A stretch of 64,000 bases of DNA from Malacoraja senta (taxonomy: Eukaryota). The position numbers and the translations under genes are program-made. Below are positions 11,542-24,300 of the stretch, piece after piece. A model generated the notes under the pieces. That model was not told the origin of the DNA. It saw nothing but the letters and a program-made list of their open reading frames with translations, and searched no databases. The first letter of the stretch is position 1. Every line of letters begins with the position of its first letter. The DNA lies in contig CM075988.1 of assembly GCA_038087875.1 (NCBI GenBank), positions 23,066,001-23,130,000 of the forward strand, read 5' to 3'.

Positions 11542-14396
11542 GAAGCTAGTGCGACAAGTAGGGGAGAGATGGAGAGAGAGGGAATGCCGGGATTACTTGA
11601 AGTTAGAGAAATCAATATTCACTGGGCTGTAATGTGTAAGAAGAAACTGCAGATGCTGGTTTAAACCGAAGATAGACACAAAATGCTGGAGTAACTCAGC
11701 GGGACAGGCAGCATCTCTGGAGAGAAGGAATGGGTGACGTTTCGGACCTGCAGAAGGGTCTTGACCTGAAAAGTCACCCCTCCCTTCTCTCCAGAGATGC
11801 TGCCTGTCCCACTGAGTTAATCCAGCTTTTTGTGTCTATCCACTGGGCTGTAAGGTGCCCAAGCGAAATATGAGATGCTGTTCCTCCAATTTGCGTTTAG
11901 CCTCACTGTGACAATGGAGGAGACCTTGGACTGAAAGGTCAGTGTGGGAATGGGAAGGAGAATTGAAGTGTTTGGCAAATGTTTCAGGGTGTCTGTATGC
12001 TGTTGTGTATCAGCGTGGGTGGAGCAAGGAGCAACATTCAATGCTGGACCTCAGTGCATCTTTCTTTCAGAGCACCTCACCATCTGATGCAACATGGCCA
12101 CGGACTCGACTCTGCCTCGGGAATGTTCGGTGGTGTTGTGACAACAGTGTGGAGTTGGTTTTTGTGGCTAGCATAAACAATTGACGCTTTGTTAAATCCA
12201 CAGTTCCAAGGAAGCTGCAATCATTAGAGAAGATAGCACGATCAACTGACAAAGCACAATACACTTCTCAGCTGACTGTTTATTCCCTGCATGTAACTAC
12301 AGATTGCCGCACACTGGCGGTTATTATTCAATATTAACTCCAGGTGTAAGGCAGCTCCCCTCGCACAATCCAACAGCTCTGTGCAAACAAAGAGGGAAGT
12401 AACCGGCCCAAGAGAGAGAGTCTAGAGTGTTTTTATTGTCATTTGTCTCAGGCAGAACAATTAAATTCTCAGTTGCAGCGGCACAACGGAATATGTAAAC
12501 AAATGTTGAACACATGTCCCCCCACTATCTCAAAATGTGATGAACCTGAAATTTACAGGAATTCAGTTCAGAACATTTGGAATATATTCAAGAAATTCTG
12601 CTGCAGGAATTTTTTATTTATTTTCGAATAACAAATGCCGTCCTCTGGCTGACTTTTGTACAATCAGTTCAGCCCCCGTATGAACCGTGCTTTTTTCGTG
12701 GTTTGAATAGATATGTAATATATATATATATATGTGAAAGTTACTAAATAGGCAAATTGGGAGGAGATGGGAGAGAATGCCAAGACTGAGATGAGTACTC
12801 CGTCTCTACACAGGGCCGGCACGGAGCACATCGGTAGAGTTGCTGCCGTACAGTGCCAGAGTCCTGAGTTCGATCCCGACTAGGGGTGCTGTCTGTATTG
12901 AGTTTGCAAGTTCTCCTTGTGACCGCGTTGATTTCATCTGGGTGCTCCAGGTTTCCTCCCACATTCCAAGACGTGTAGGTTTGTAGGTTCATTGGTTTAA
13001 TTGTCCCTGGTGTGCAGGATAGAACTAGGGTACGGGTGATTGCTGGTCGGCGCAGACTCAATGGGCCGAAGTACCTGTCTCCACATTGTATTTCTAAAAC
13101 TAAAACGAAAACACTGGAGGGTTAATTTATATAACGGAAGACGGAAGACTGAGGGAGGAAAAGATGGAACAAAATGAAAGAAAGGCTTCATAAGAAATTT
13201 CTGACATTTGTTAAACTAAATCTTGCCCAAGATCAACATTTGGCAAGAAACTGAAACACAAAACACTAAAAAAAAGTACCAGTCCCTACACAATCCAATT
13301 TTAATCTTTTATTTTTGAATCTTTAGACTTTAGAGATACAGCACAGAAACCGGCCCTTCGGCCCACCGAGTTCGCGCCGGCCAGCAATCACCCCGCACAC
13401 GATACCATAGAACTTTATTAATCTCAAGTAATCTGCAAGATATTTGAAACATGAAATTAAAGTGACAAAAATCTGGGTGTTGCTGACAAAGCCAGCATTT
13501 ATTGTCTATCCCTTTTGGACTTTATCTTACACTAAACATTACCCAGTATCTATACACTGTGTTAAAGAAGGAACTGCAGATGCTGGAAAATCAAGAAGGG
13601 TTTCGGCCCGAAACGTTGCCTATTTCCTTCGCTCCATAGATGCTGCTGCACCCGCTGAGTTTCTCCAGCATTTTTGTGTATCTATACACTGTGGACGGCT
13701 TGTTGTATTAATGTATACTCTTTCTGCTGACTGGATGACATGAAACAAACGTGCTTTTCACTGCACCTCAGTACATGTGACAATAAACTAAATGTGATGG
13801 CGAGTTACTTTCTTGAACTGCTGTATTTTTTCTGGAGAAGTTACCTCCACCTCTGCTTAGTTTTGGTTTAGTTTAGAGATATACCGTGGAAACAGGCCCT
13901 TCAGCCCACCGAGTCCGTGCCGAACAGTGAGCACCTGCACACTCTGGACAATTTAAATTGGCCAATTGACCTACAAACCTGCATGTCTTTGGAGCGCGGG
14001 CGGAAACCGGAGCACCCGAAGAAAACCCACGTGGTCACAGGGAGAATGTATAAACTCAATACAGACAGCACCCATAGTCTGGATCGAACCCGGGTTCCTA
14101 GCGCCACCCTTGTGCCACTGTGCCACTGTTAAGCAGGGAGATCCAGGATTCAGACCCCGTGACCATGTATTTCTAAGGCAGGATGGTGCGCGAGTAGGTG
14201 GGGAAACCTGAATGAGATGTTGCTCTCTTGCACCCGGTGCCCTTCTCTTTCTTGGTTGTAGACCTACAGGTTTTGGAGGTAATATTTAGCGGTCTGGCTG
14301 AAGAACCCGTGGTGCATTTTATAAGTGTAGATACGGAGAGGTGGTAGGGGAAGGAATATCAGACAGTACTCAGGAATTCCTTGAAAAATGCCCAAA

Positions 14397-14402
14397 TTTA
14401 TT
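14397..14402 (-). terminator. Candidate polyadenylation signal for the long ankyrin-containing POU2AF1 transcript
   Basis: AATAAA on the minus strand at the far end of an AU-rich, largely unique block downstream of the stop at 18263. A second AATAAA lies at 15284-15289. Confidence 0.4.
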
Positions 14403-16155
14403 ATGCATTATTAAAAGGCATACAGATGAAAGGCCAGTTAAACCAGCAAAAATGTTACATTGTGCATTCACAATAAATTATATTCTAATAAAGAATAACA
14501 AACTCAAGTTTAAACTATTTCCCAACCGCACAAATAGCAAAGCCTGCCGTGACAGAATTTTTTTTCATTTCAGGATTCAGGAATAAATACAAGCAAGATG
14601 ATGATATCTCAAATCCAAGGGCAATGTCCGATTCGCTTTGCAACATCATTGTACACAAATGATCAAAACTTATTCATCTGTGGCAAGCAACAGTTGCAAA
14701 TACTGCTGGGCTAACACCAAATTAGATAAGACACAACATGCCTGAGATGACTGCAATCTCTGGGTGCATTGTATTATCCTGAAATTAGTTATTGGGAGAA
14801 TAGTTTAGTTCTGAGATCGGGTGTCAATATCCAGCATTCTCAGATCAGGTGTATCAAAGGTTAGAAATAGAGCAAAGCTCATTTTAAAATGATTAGTAAC
14901 TTTGTTAGTAACTTGACAAGTGCACCCACTCTTGCCCTCATTGGCGATTTGTGGGCATTACCAGATTTAGGTTGGTCATTTGGTCACACTGAAATTGGTT
15001 ATTTCGAACGAACTACATGATATTGAACATAGTTAACTTTCTCCTCAACAACATTATTTCCGCACAGGGTTCATTCACCTTGTTGAGGATCAGAGCAAAA
15101 GTCGAGTGTTTTACAAGTAATAATAAGCATCTTGTTTCTATACGTTGGAGCAGAACGGAAGAGCTTGAACAAATGTCCAATTGCTCTCCTGGACCTATCG
15201 ATACATCCATGGACCTTATCTCCATGAAACAATTTGGAGCTGAGAGGAATGACTTTGGAAGTAGAAAAATACCTTCCGAAAGATTTATTGGAAACATCAG
15301 AGAAAATTTTAAATCTTGGGATTTCATGGCACTGAAGCAGCTTATTCGGCCCATCTTTTTCAGGATGGACAGAGGGGAATTGAGACTAAAAACTTACTTT
15401 ACAATTTTCTTTATCTGCAGATTTATGAGCCAGTTCCCAATTTTATCTATTATTGCAAAATTATACCAATGTTGCCATGACAGATTATTCGTTGCTTGCC
15501 ATTATACTGTTTTAAAGAACTATAAAGTTTGTACGCTATTAAACCTGAATCCTGTGATATCCTAAAGCAAAATGCAGGCAAGCAAAACAGCCTTTGCAAG
15601 CAAAACACACTGATACAGTGTAATTAAATCAGATCTACACAAAAAAAATACAAAATATATATTCATATCTCAGATAGACACAAAATGCTGGAGTAACTCA
15701 GCGGGTAAGGCAGCATCTCTTGAATGCTGAAAAGGAATAGGTGACGTTTTCGGGTCGAGACCCTTCTTCAGACTGAGAGTCTGAAGAAGTGTCTCGTCTT
15801 AGAGAAACTAAAGGTATGAAGAGGTACAAAGACAAATGTATGAAAGATTTGCAAAAGGACAAATCAAAGCCGGCAACAATGATCAAGGAAAGGTGGAGCC
15901 CACAATGGTCCATTGCTGGTCGTGGAGAAGGTTGAACAATGGATCCTTTTGCATTCCTTTCATTCATTTGATCTTTGTACCTCTTCTCAGACTGACAAAG
16001 ATTATCAACCCGAAACGTCACCTATTCCTTTTCCCCAGAGATGCTGCCTGACCCGCTGAGTTACTCCAGCATTTTGTGTCTATCTTCGGTGTAAACCAGC
16101 ATCCGCAGTTCCTTCCAACCTATTCACATCTCAGATTGTTTGACAATCAACGATC

Positions 16156-16170
16156 TATTTCACAGAAATA
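16156..16170 (-). promoter_or_regulatory. Roquin constitutive decay element (CDE)-type stem-loop in the putative 3' UTR
   Basis: Minus strand TATTTC-TGT-GAAATA: perfect 6-bp stem with a UGU triloop matching the UCYRYGA core. Sense orientation, 2.1 kb after the stop. Confidence 0.55.
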
Positions 16171-18262
16171 ATCATTTAAAAGTTCCGCTTTAACCTGATC
16201 CACACATCTGTGATAGATCTGTAGAAAAGGGCACCGCTGTTACCAGTGCTTAGTCCCCAAATGCATTGAAGAAAGAGAAAATATGGAGCAAAAATGATGG
16301 CATAAGTTGTAGAAAATATGGTCCCGTGTATAAATAATGAACCAAAAACAAGGCAGACAAATTGGAAATCCAATAACAAGGAAAACAAGTTGTGAGATGA
16401 TCTTTCCTTGCTTGAGACTTAATTGTTTATAGGCATCCACATAATGGATGAAGATATCCCAATCCTACCAATGACTTTTTGGTGTGCCATGCTCTCTTGA
16501 ACCATCTCAAACTGTAAAACTATTCTTGGCATCTGCCCAAAATCGGAAAAGCCCCTTTATGGAGCTGATAAATATTAGTGGTGTAAAGATAGAAAAATGG
16601 CGGTATTAGCTGAGAAAATCCATATCACATTTCTCATCTGGTGTAAGAAAGTTTCTGAAATGATTTAAACAGGACCTTTGTACAAAATTGCCATGAAGCT
16701 ATTTCTGGCAGTCTCACGTTACCTGAAATTGAAAGTCTGCAGTGTACTTATTTATCAATGAAACACACCAGCCAAGCCGGCTGAAAATAAAGTGTTTGAA
16801 ATACAAGAAGGAATCGTTAAGGCAGTGTATCGAATTAATTTGCTAAATTCTCCACGTATTTTCTGGGCAATAATATCTGTAATTGTGCAAAATATCCATT
16901 TTTCAGGATAACACATTTGATAAATCAGGGAGGGAATTATAGTTGGAATACTGATACATTTTTTACCATGAGGTGTTGCTAGACATGTATTAATAAGTAA
17001 CCAGGACTTGCATCCATTCCAGCTGATTTATCTATGTGGGTTTGTATGTTAACAGGCCTCTGTAAATTGTCCCTAGTGTGTGGGGAGGGATGGGCAAATG
17101 GAATAACATAAGAACTAGGGTGATCGATGGTTGGCATGAACTCTGTGGGCCTTCCATCCATGCTGTATCTCTCAATTAAACTAAATTCAATCAATATTAA
17201 TAGTGTTATCCTCAAGCATAGTTTACCATGCAATGGAATTCAGGAACTGAGACTTACTGATGCAAGAAAATGTTCAGAAACCTGAGAATGATCAAGAATG
17301 AGGTTGTATTCTTGCCATGTCCTTATGCACATCTTTGCAATTCAGGAATGAGGTTTCGGAATAATTCTATGCCCTCACCAAGCTCAGTAGTGGTGCGTTG
17401 GACTGTTCTGGCTCACACCGGATAGAAAATTAAGAATCAATATTTGATCTTTGTTTGGTAAAGAAAAAGCTAGTTCTTGATCAGTTTCTTTGCTCATCGA
17501 CGAGTCAATCAGTTTAGTTTAGTTTAGAGATACAGCGCAGAAACAGGCCCTTCGGCCCATCAAGTCCTAGCCACCCAGCGATCCCCATTACACTAACACA
17601 CACTACACACCAGGGACAATTTACAATTTTTACCCGAAGCCAATTAATCTCCGAACCTGTACGTCTTTGGAGTTTTGGAGGAAACTAAAGAGCTCGGACA
17701 AACCCACGAGGTCACGGGGAGAACGTACAAACCCTGTACAGACAGCACCCGTAGTCAGGATCGAACCCGGGTCTCTGCCGCTGTAAGGCAGCTACTCTAC
17801 TTCTGTGCCACCATGCCACCCGAATTCTCAGTAGCTAGAGCTAAGAGCTCACTTGTACAATTATACTATCTTTGTTGATGTCTTGTTGATGTATTTGGGC
17901 GATAAGTGAATAAGTAAACACATCTGTCCTTTGCAAAACTCTGCTACTGTCTGCCAACCAAACTAAAAGAGACACTTCATTGGTTGTAAAGGAGGTGGAG
18001 ATTTCCTTCAGAAAGGAGTTAAAGAAATGACAAAATACTGTAAGAATCACAAGTTTCTTGGAATACTGGATGAGGAAGAAAATGGAAGTTGGGTTCAATA
18101 ATTAGTTATCTCGCGATGTTGGATGTGATACATTACATCAGCAGTGAAAATCATGAGCTTAGCAGGTGAGTACGTGTTAAACCATTCCTAATATAAGGTA
18201 CACATTCATTCCGCAGGAGTGAAGAAGATGAGAATGGTCTGAGTCCAGAATGAACTATATTC

Positions 18263-18328
18263 CTAGGATGTGGCATTGCGATGGTTTGATCCTGAGCCAA
18301 CCCGTCCTTTCTTCAAGAGATGCCTTAT
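18263..18328 (-). CDS. Terminal coding exon of the ankyrin isoform ([21 protein letters not shown])
   Basis: Acceptor ctttacag|ATA; TAG at 18263-18265. Resembles the IkBNS C-terminus LRQLLKRSR. Confidence 0.8.
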   Translation of the reverse strand: MRHLLKKGRVGSGSNHRNATS

Positions 18329-21300
18329 CTGTAAAGCCATAAACATATTCACAATAAGCTTTAATAAAATCATTTCTCATGCTGAATTACAGTCCCGGAT
18401 AGATAATAAGCAAATCAATGTCAAGGTGACCTGCTGCTTTCAATAGAAGGTCTGTGTTAGTCTGTAATCTGTGGTGGTGGCCTTGAATATGACAAGGTTA
18501 AGGGCCTGTCCCACTTGGGCGTCATTTGCGGTCATTTACGCGACATCATTACGCACGTGATGCGCATGACGCACGCACGGTGCGTGGTGACGTAGGCAGT
18601 GACGCACGGTTGCGCGCGGCGTTCCAGGATTTTGGGATTCACAAAATCTTCGCGCGCCATCTGCATGACGCGCAAATGACGCCCATGTGGGACAGGCCCT
18701 TTAGTCTTTTTTTTGCTAAATTCAACAGGTTTGATTACATGAGGAACAGATACAGAGATACAGCTACAGGACCTCATATTCTGCTTGGGTAGCTTACAAC
18801 CCAATGATATGAACATTGAATTCTCCAATTTTGGGTACCTGCCCTAACTACCTCCACTGGCAACTCATTCCATACACCCACCACCCTTTAGAAAGACTAA
18901 TGGGCCTGTCCTACTTAGGCTATTATATAGGCGACTGCCGGCGACTGTCATAGTCGTAGCAGGTCGCCGAAAAAACGGCGACTGGACCCCCCTTCAACGT
19001 AAAATTTGAAATAGAATCATTAGGTTAACAACAACAAAAAACGAAGTCAGCACCGGCGACAACCTACGTCACCTGGCGACAACTACGACAGCACCTACGT
19101 CAGGAGATGTCAAGCTACGCTCATTGGCGTCAAACACACTGTCGCCGACTGTCTCCGAAACATTTTCAACACCAGACGTAACGACTCTTTGGGCGACTGA
19201 GGAGACTACTCACGACCATACAGACGACCATGTGGCGACAGCCTAGTCGCCTGTAGTCGCCGAAAAAAATTGCCTAAGTGGGACAGGCCCATTAGGATAT
19301 CTTTGAACAAATCTGGATATGGAGATTGGGTGGGAAAATGGTATTTGCATCAAAGTTCAGTAATGGTGCAGCAGGATCGAGGATCCTAACACAACTTTTT
19401 ATGCTTTTATCTTCTACTGAGCTTTTATTCCTTTTATTATGTATGGTTTCGGAGAGTAGGGTATGAATTCTTACACGGAACCATGAAGAGCTGGGACAAC
19501 CATGGGAGAAGGATACATTTCCTGTGGTACCTCATTTGAATCCACAGGGATGGGCACGATATTCCCAAAAGGAATCTTAACCCTAACAGGTGGCAGCATT
19601 GCAGTGCACTTGGTCATAATACGAATAAAGGGGTAGGCCATTTAGAACGGAGATGAGGAAAAACCTTTTCACACAGAGAGTTGTGAATTTGTGGAGTTCT
19701 CTGCCACAGAAGGCAGTGGAGGCCGATTCACTGGATGCATTCAAAAGAGAGTTAGATTGAGCTCTTAGGGCCAACGGAAACAAGGGGTATGGGGAGAAGG
19801 CAGGAACGGGGTACTGATTGTGGATGATCAGCCATGATCACATTGAATGGCTCAAAGGGCCGAATGGCCTACTCCTGCACCTATTGTCTATGTATGGGAT
19901 GGTGAATGGCTACAATCATTACAAGAAATGGATGACTTGCTCACAAGAGATTTTTACTTTAGTTTAGAGATACAGCGCGGAAGCAGGCCCTTTGGCCCAC
20001 CGTGTCCGTGCCAACCAGCGATGCTCGCTCATTAACACTATCCCACACACGCTAAGGACAATTTACATTTATAGCAAGCCAATTAACCTGCAAACCTGTA
20101 CATATATTTAGAGGGATGAGAGGGGATCTCATTGAAACATATAAGATTGTTAAGGGCTTGCACACGCTAGAGGCAGGAAACATGTTCCCGATGTTGGGGG
20201 AGTCCAGAACCAGGGCCCACAGTTTAAGAATAAGGAGTAAGCCATTTAGAACGGTGACGAGGAAACACTTTTTCTCACAGAGAGTGGTGAGTCTGTGGAA
20301 TTCTCTGCCTTAGAGGGCGGTGGAGGCGGGTTCTCTGGATGCTTTCAAGAGAGAGCTAGATAGGACTCTTAAAAATAGCGGAGTCAGGGGATATGGGAAG
20401 AAAGGCAGGAACGGGGTACTGATTGGGGATGATCAGCCATGATCACATTGAATAGGGGTGCTGGCTCGAAGGGCTGAATGGCCTACTCCTGCACCTATTG
20501 TCTATTGTCTATCTTTGGAATGTGGGAGGAAACCAAAGTGCTCGGAGAAAACCCACGCGGTCACGGGGAGAACGTCCAAACTCCACACAGACAGCACCCA
20601 TGGTCAGGATCGAACCCTGGGTCTCTGGCAGTGCAAGCGCTGTTAAAGCAGCAACTCTACCGCTGCGCCACCATGCCGCCCTAATCCTCTTCCTCACCTG
20701 ATCTCCCTGTTCCCCCGGCTGCACCAGATGAATGGGTTGGTCATTCTCCAGGTTTCGGATGCTGGGGTCTGCCCCGTGGTACAAAAGCAGTTTAATTATT
20801 TTCTCCTGGTTTCTCTCGTGGTGAAGACCAGCAGCCATGTGCAAAACGGTGTTACCATGAGCCTAGGAGAAAGCAAAAAATTAAATTGTCATTTCTATAT
20901 TTTGTAATTACTAATTCTTTGTTAAATTCAGTTTAGTTTTAGTTTAGTTTAAAGATACAGCACGGAAACACCGAGTCCGACCGCGCCGACCAGCGATCCC
21001 CGCACACGAGCACTGTCCTACACACACTAGGGACAATTTACAATTTTTACCAAAACCAATGAAGAGACCAACCCTGCATGTCTTTGGTGTGTGAGAGGAA
21101 ACCGGAGTGTGGGAAGAACGTACAAATTCAGTACAGGCAACACCCATAGTCAGGATCGAACCTGGGTCTCTGGCGCTGTGAGGCAGCTGCTCTACCGCTG
21201 CGCTGCAGTGCTAGATTCTTTTTGATTGTGTCAAACAGTGAGAACTGGAGGATGTGCAGTAGCTGGTGAGGGCACGAGGAGGACCTATATTGTCGCCCAC

Positions 21301-24300
21301 TTCACCAGCAACAAAGGACAGCGTGTGTTCCAGGACTCTTCCTGCTGTAGCAGCAGGTAGAGAGATAATGTCAGCCAACATTGCTCATTCAAGTTTTGCA
21401 GACTCTCTTGTGCTCTGTCCGCCAAGGCCTGCTGGATCTCCCATTGCTAACCATTTCAACTCCCCTTCTTATTCCCTTTCTGTCCTGTGTCTCCTCCATT
21501 GCTACATGCAAGCTGGAGGAACAGCACCTTATCTTCCCCTTGGCTAGCTTGCAAACTAATGGTGTAGGAAGGAACTGCAGATGCTGATTTACACCAAAGA
21601 TAGACACAAAATGCTGGAGTAACCCAGCGGGACAGGCAGCACATCTGGAGAGAAGGAATGGGTGACGTTTCGGGTCGAGACCCTTCTTGAGACTCTACAA
21701 ACTAATGATATGAACATTAAATTCCCCAATGTTAGGTAACTAAGTTACTACAACCCACCCACTTCCACCCCCCCCTTCCTTCCCTGTGCCCCATTTAGAT
21801 TTCCACCCGTTTCTCCCCTTTGCCCTCTTCCCGTCCTATTCAACCGGTATTTCTTCATTTGGCTTCACTATTCACACCTCCCTGTCCTTATCTCACACTT
21901 TTGTCTTTTTCATTTGCAGAGGCCACAGTTGAAGAATAAGGAGTAAGCCATTTCGAGCGGAGACGAGGAAACACTTTTTCTCACAGAGAGTGGTGAGTCT
22001 GTGGAATTCTCTGCCTCAGAGGGCGGTGGAGGCAGGTTCTCTGGATGCTTTCAAGAGAGAGCAAGATAGGGCTCTTAAAGATAACGGAGTCAGGGGATAT
22101 GGGGAGAAGGCAGGAATGGGGTACTGATTGGGGATGATCACCCATGATCACATTGAATGGCTCGAAGGGCCGAATGGCCTACTCCTGCACCTATTGTCTA
22201 TTGTCTATTGATTATTGTCCATTTCTCTCCTACCATTTGATCACCCCTCACTAGTATCCACACGTCATTTTCCAAGCTTTGTCATGCCCCTCCTCTCTTC
22301 CAGCTCTCTCTCCCCCCTCCACTACAAAAAGTCAGAAGGGTCCAAACCTGAAACGTCACCTATCCATGTTCTCCCGAGGTTCTGCCTGAACCACTGACTT
22401 TCTCAAGCACTTTGTATTTTATTGCTCCTGCATGAGCTAACTTGCATGAATTTACCTGTAAGCTGTTTAATCACTTAGGAAATGGCAAATGGCTCAGGTG
22501 CCTGAACAAGCCTTGCAGCAGTCATTAGGTTTTGGTGGCAGATGCTGGAATCTATAGCAAGGGAAAAGAAAAGCTGCTGGTGGAACTCAGCAGGTCGAGC
22601 AGCAACTGTGGAGGGAGAAGGGTCTCGACCCGAAAACTCATCCATTCCTTCTCTTCAGAGATGCTGCCTGTCCCGCTGAGTTACTCCAGCATTTTGTGTC
22701 TATCTGTGGAGGGAAATGGAACAACCACGTTTCAGGTAGAGCCCTTTAATCTAGATAGACAAAAATGTTGGAGAAACTCAGCGGGTGAGGCAGCATCTAT
22801 GGAGCGAAGGAAATAGGCAACGTTTCGGGTCGAAACCCTTCTTCAGACAGATACCTTTAATCTAGATTTTTGGTTTCCTCCCACACTCCAAAGATGTACA
22901 GATTTGTAGGTTGTTGTAATAAATGTGAATTGTCCCTAGAGTGGTAGTGTGCGGGGATCGGTGGGCCGAAGGGCCTGTTTCCACGCTGTATCTCTAAACT
23001 AAACTAAACTATGGACATGGGAAAACCTCTTAGTTCATTCTAACATTGCGGAAATCTGGCATGGTGTGGCCTTGATGTAATTTCAGAATTTCAGACACAT
23101 CATAAGTGGATATCTCATAAATGTCCACTGGAAATGATCAGCCATGATCACATTGAATGGCGGTGCTGGCTCGAAGGGCCAAATGGGCTACTCCTCCACC
23201 TATTATCTATTGTCTATTGAAACACCTTGGGTGGAGAACAAATTCCAAGCTAACCGGAGGCAAATCCACACGTCATTGGGAAGTGGGAGGAAACCGGTGC
23301 ACCCTGAGGAAACCCACGCGGTCACAGGGAGAACATGGATACTCCACACACAGATGGCACCCGAGGTCAGGATTGAACCCGGGTCTCTGGCGCTGTGAGG
23401 CAGCACCTGCAGCACTGTGCTGGCCAAAATATAAATTAAAGTATTTTATTTAAACATTAAACTATCAAAGAATCTAACCAATGTGTTGTCCCACTATAGT
23501 TATATTATGTTACGAGTGGACGTCGCTAACATCACAAACCTTCATGTTGATAAATTCGGGTGAGCAGAAGATGCCACTGAGCTTGAGGAAATAATCCAGT
23601 AACAGCAAGTTCCCTTCCTGAACGGCAAAGTGCACCACTGTCTTATTGCTCTTCACGTCCTGTTTACAGAAAGGAGAACAGTTGACTTTGCCACTTGTTG
23701 CTGCGGATGTTCCTGGTTCAGAGCCATGCTACACTTCTCTGTGCATTGTTACAAATGCTAACCATCAGCCTCACCTTAGAGTCATAGAGTCACAGAGTAA
23801 TATAGTGTGGAAACAGGCCCTTCGGCCCAACCTGCCCACACTGGCAAACATGTCCCGGCTACACTAGTCCCACCTGCCTGCGCTTGGTCCATATCCCTCC
23901 AAACCTGTCCTATCCATGTAACTGTCTAACAGTTTCTTAAACATTGGGATAGTCCCAGCCTCAACTACCTCATCTGGCAGCTTGTTCCATACACCCACCA
24001 CCCTTTGTGTGAAAGAAGGAACTGCAGATGCTGGAGAATCGAAGGTAGACAAAATTGCTGGAGAAACTCAGCGGGTGCGGCAGCATCTATGGAGCGAAGG
24101 AAATAGACAACGTTTCGGGCCGGAACCCTTCTTCAGTCTGAAGAAGGGTTTCGGCCCGAAACGTTGCCAATTTCCTTCGCTCCATAGATGCTGCCGCACC
24201 CGCTGAGTTTCTCCAGCAATTTTGTCTACCCTTTGTGTGAAAAAGCCTTGACGGTAATCTACTCAATTCCCAGAGTTTGTGGTGTCAGGTGCCACCCCGA

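Noticed and set aside
15017..15565. 182-aa + strand ORF and overlapping 113-aa - strand ORF
   Set aside because: No recognisable domain or exon context. It lies in the probable 3' UTR of the minus-strand gene and is likely a chance ORF.
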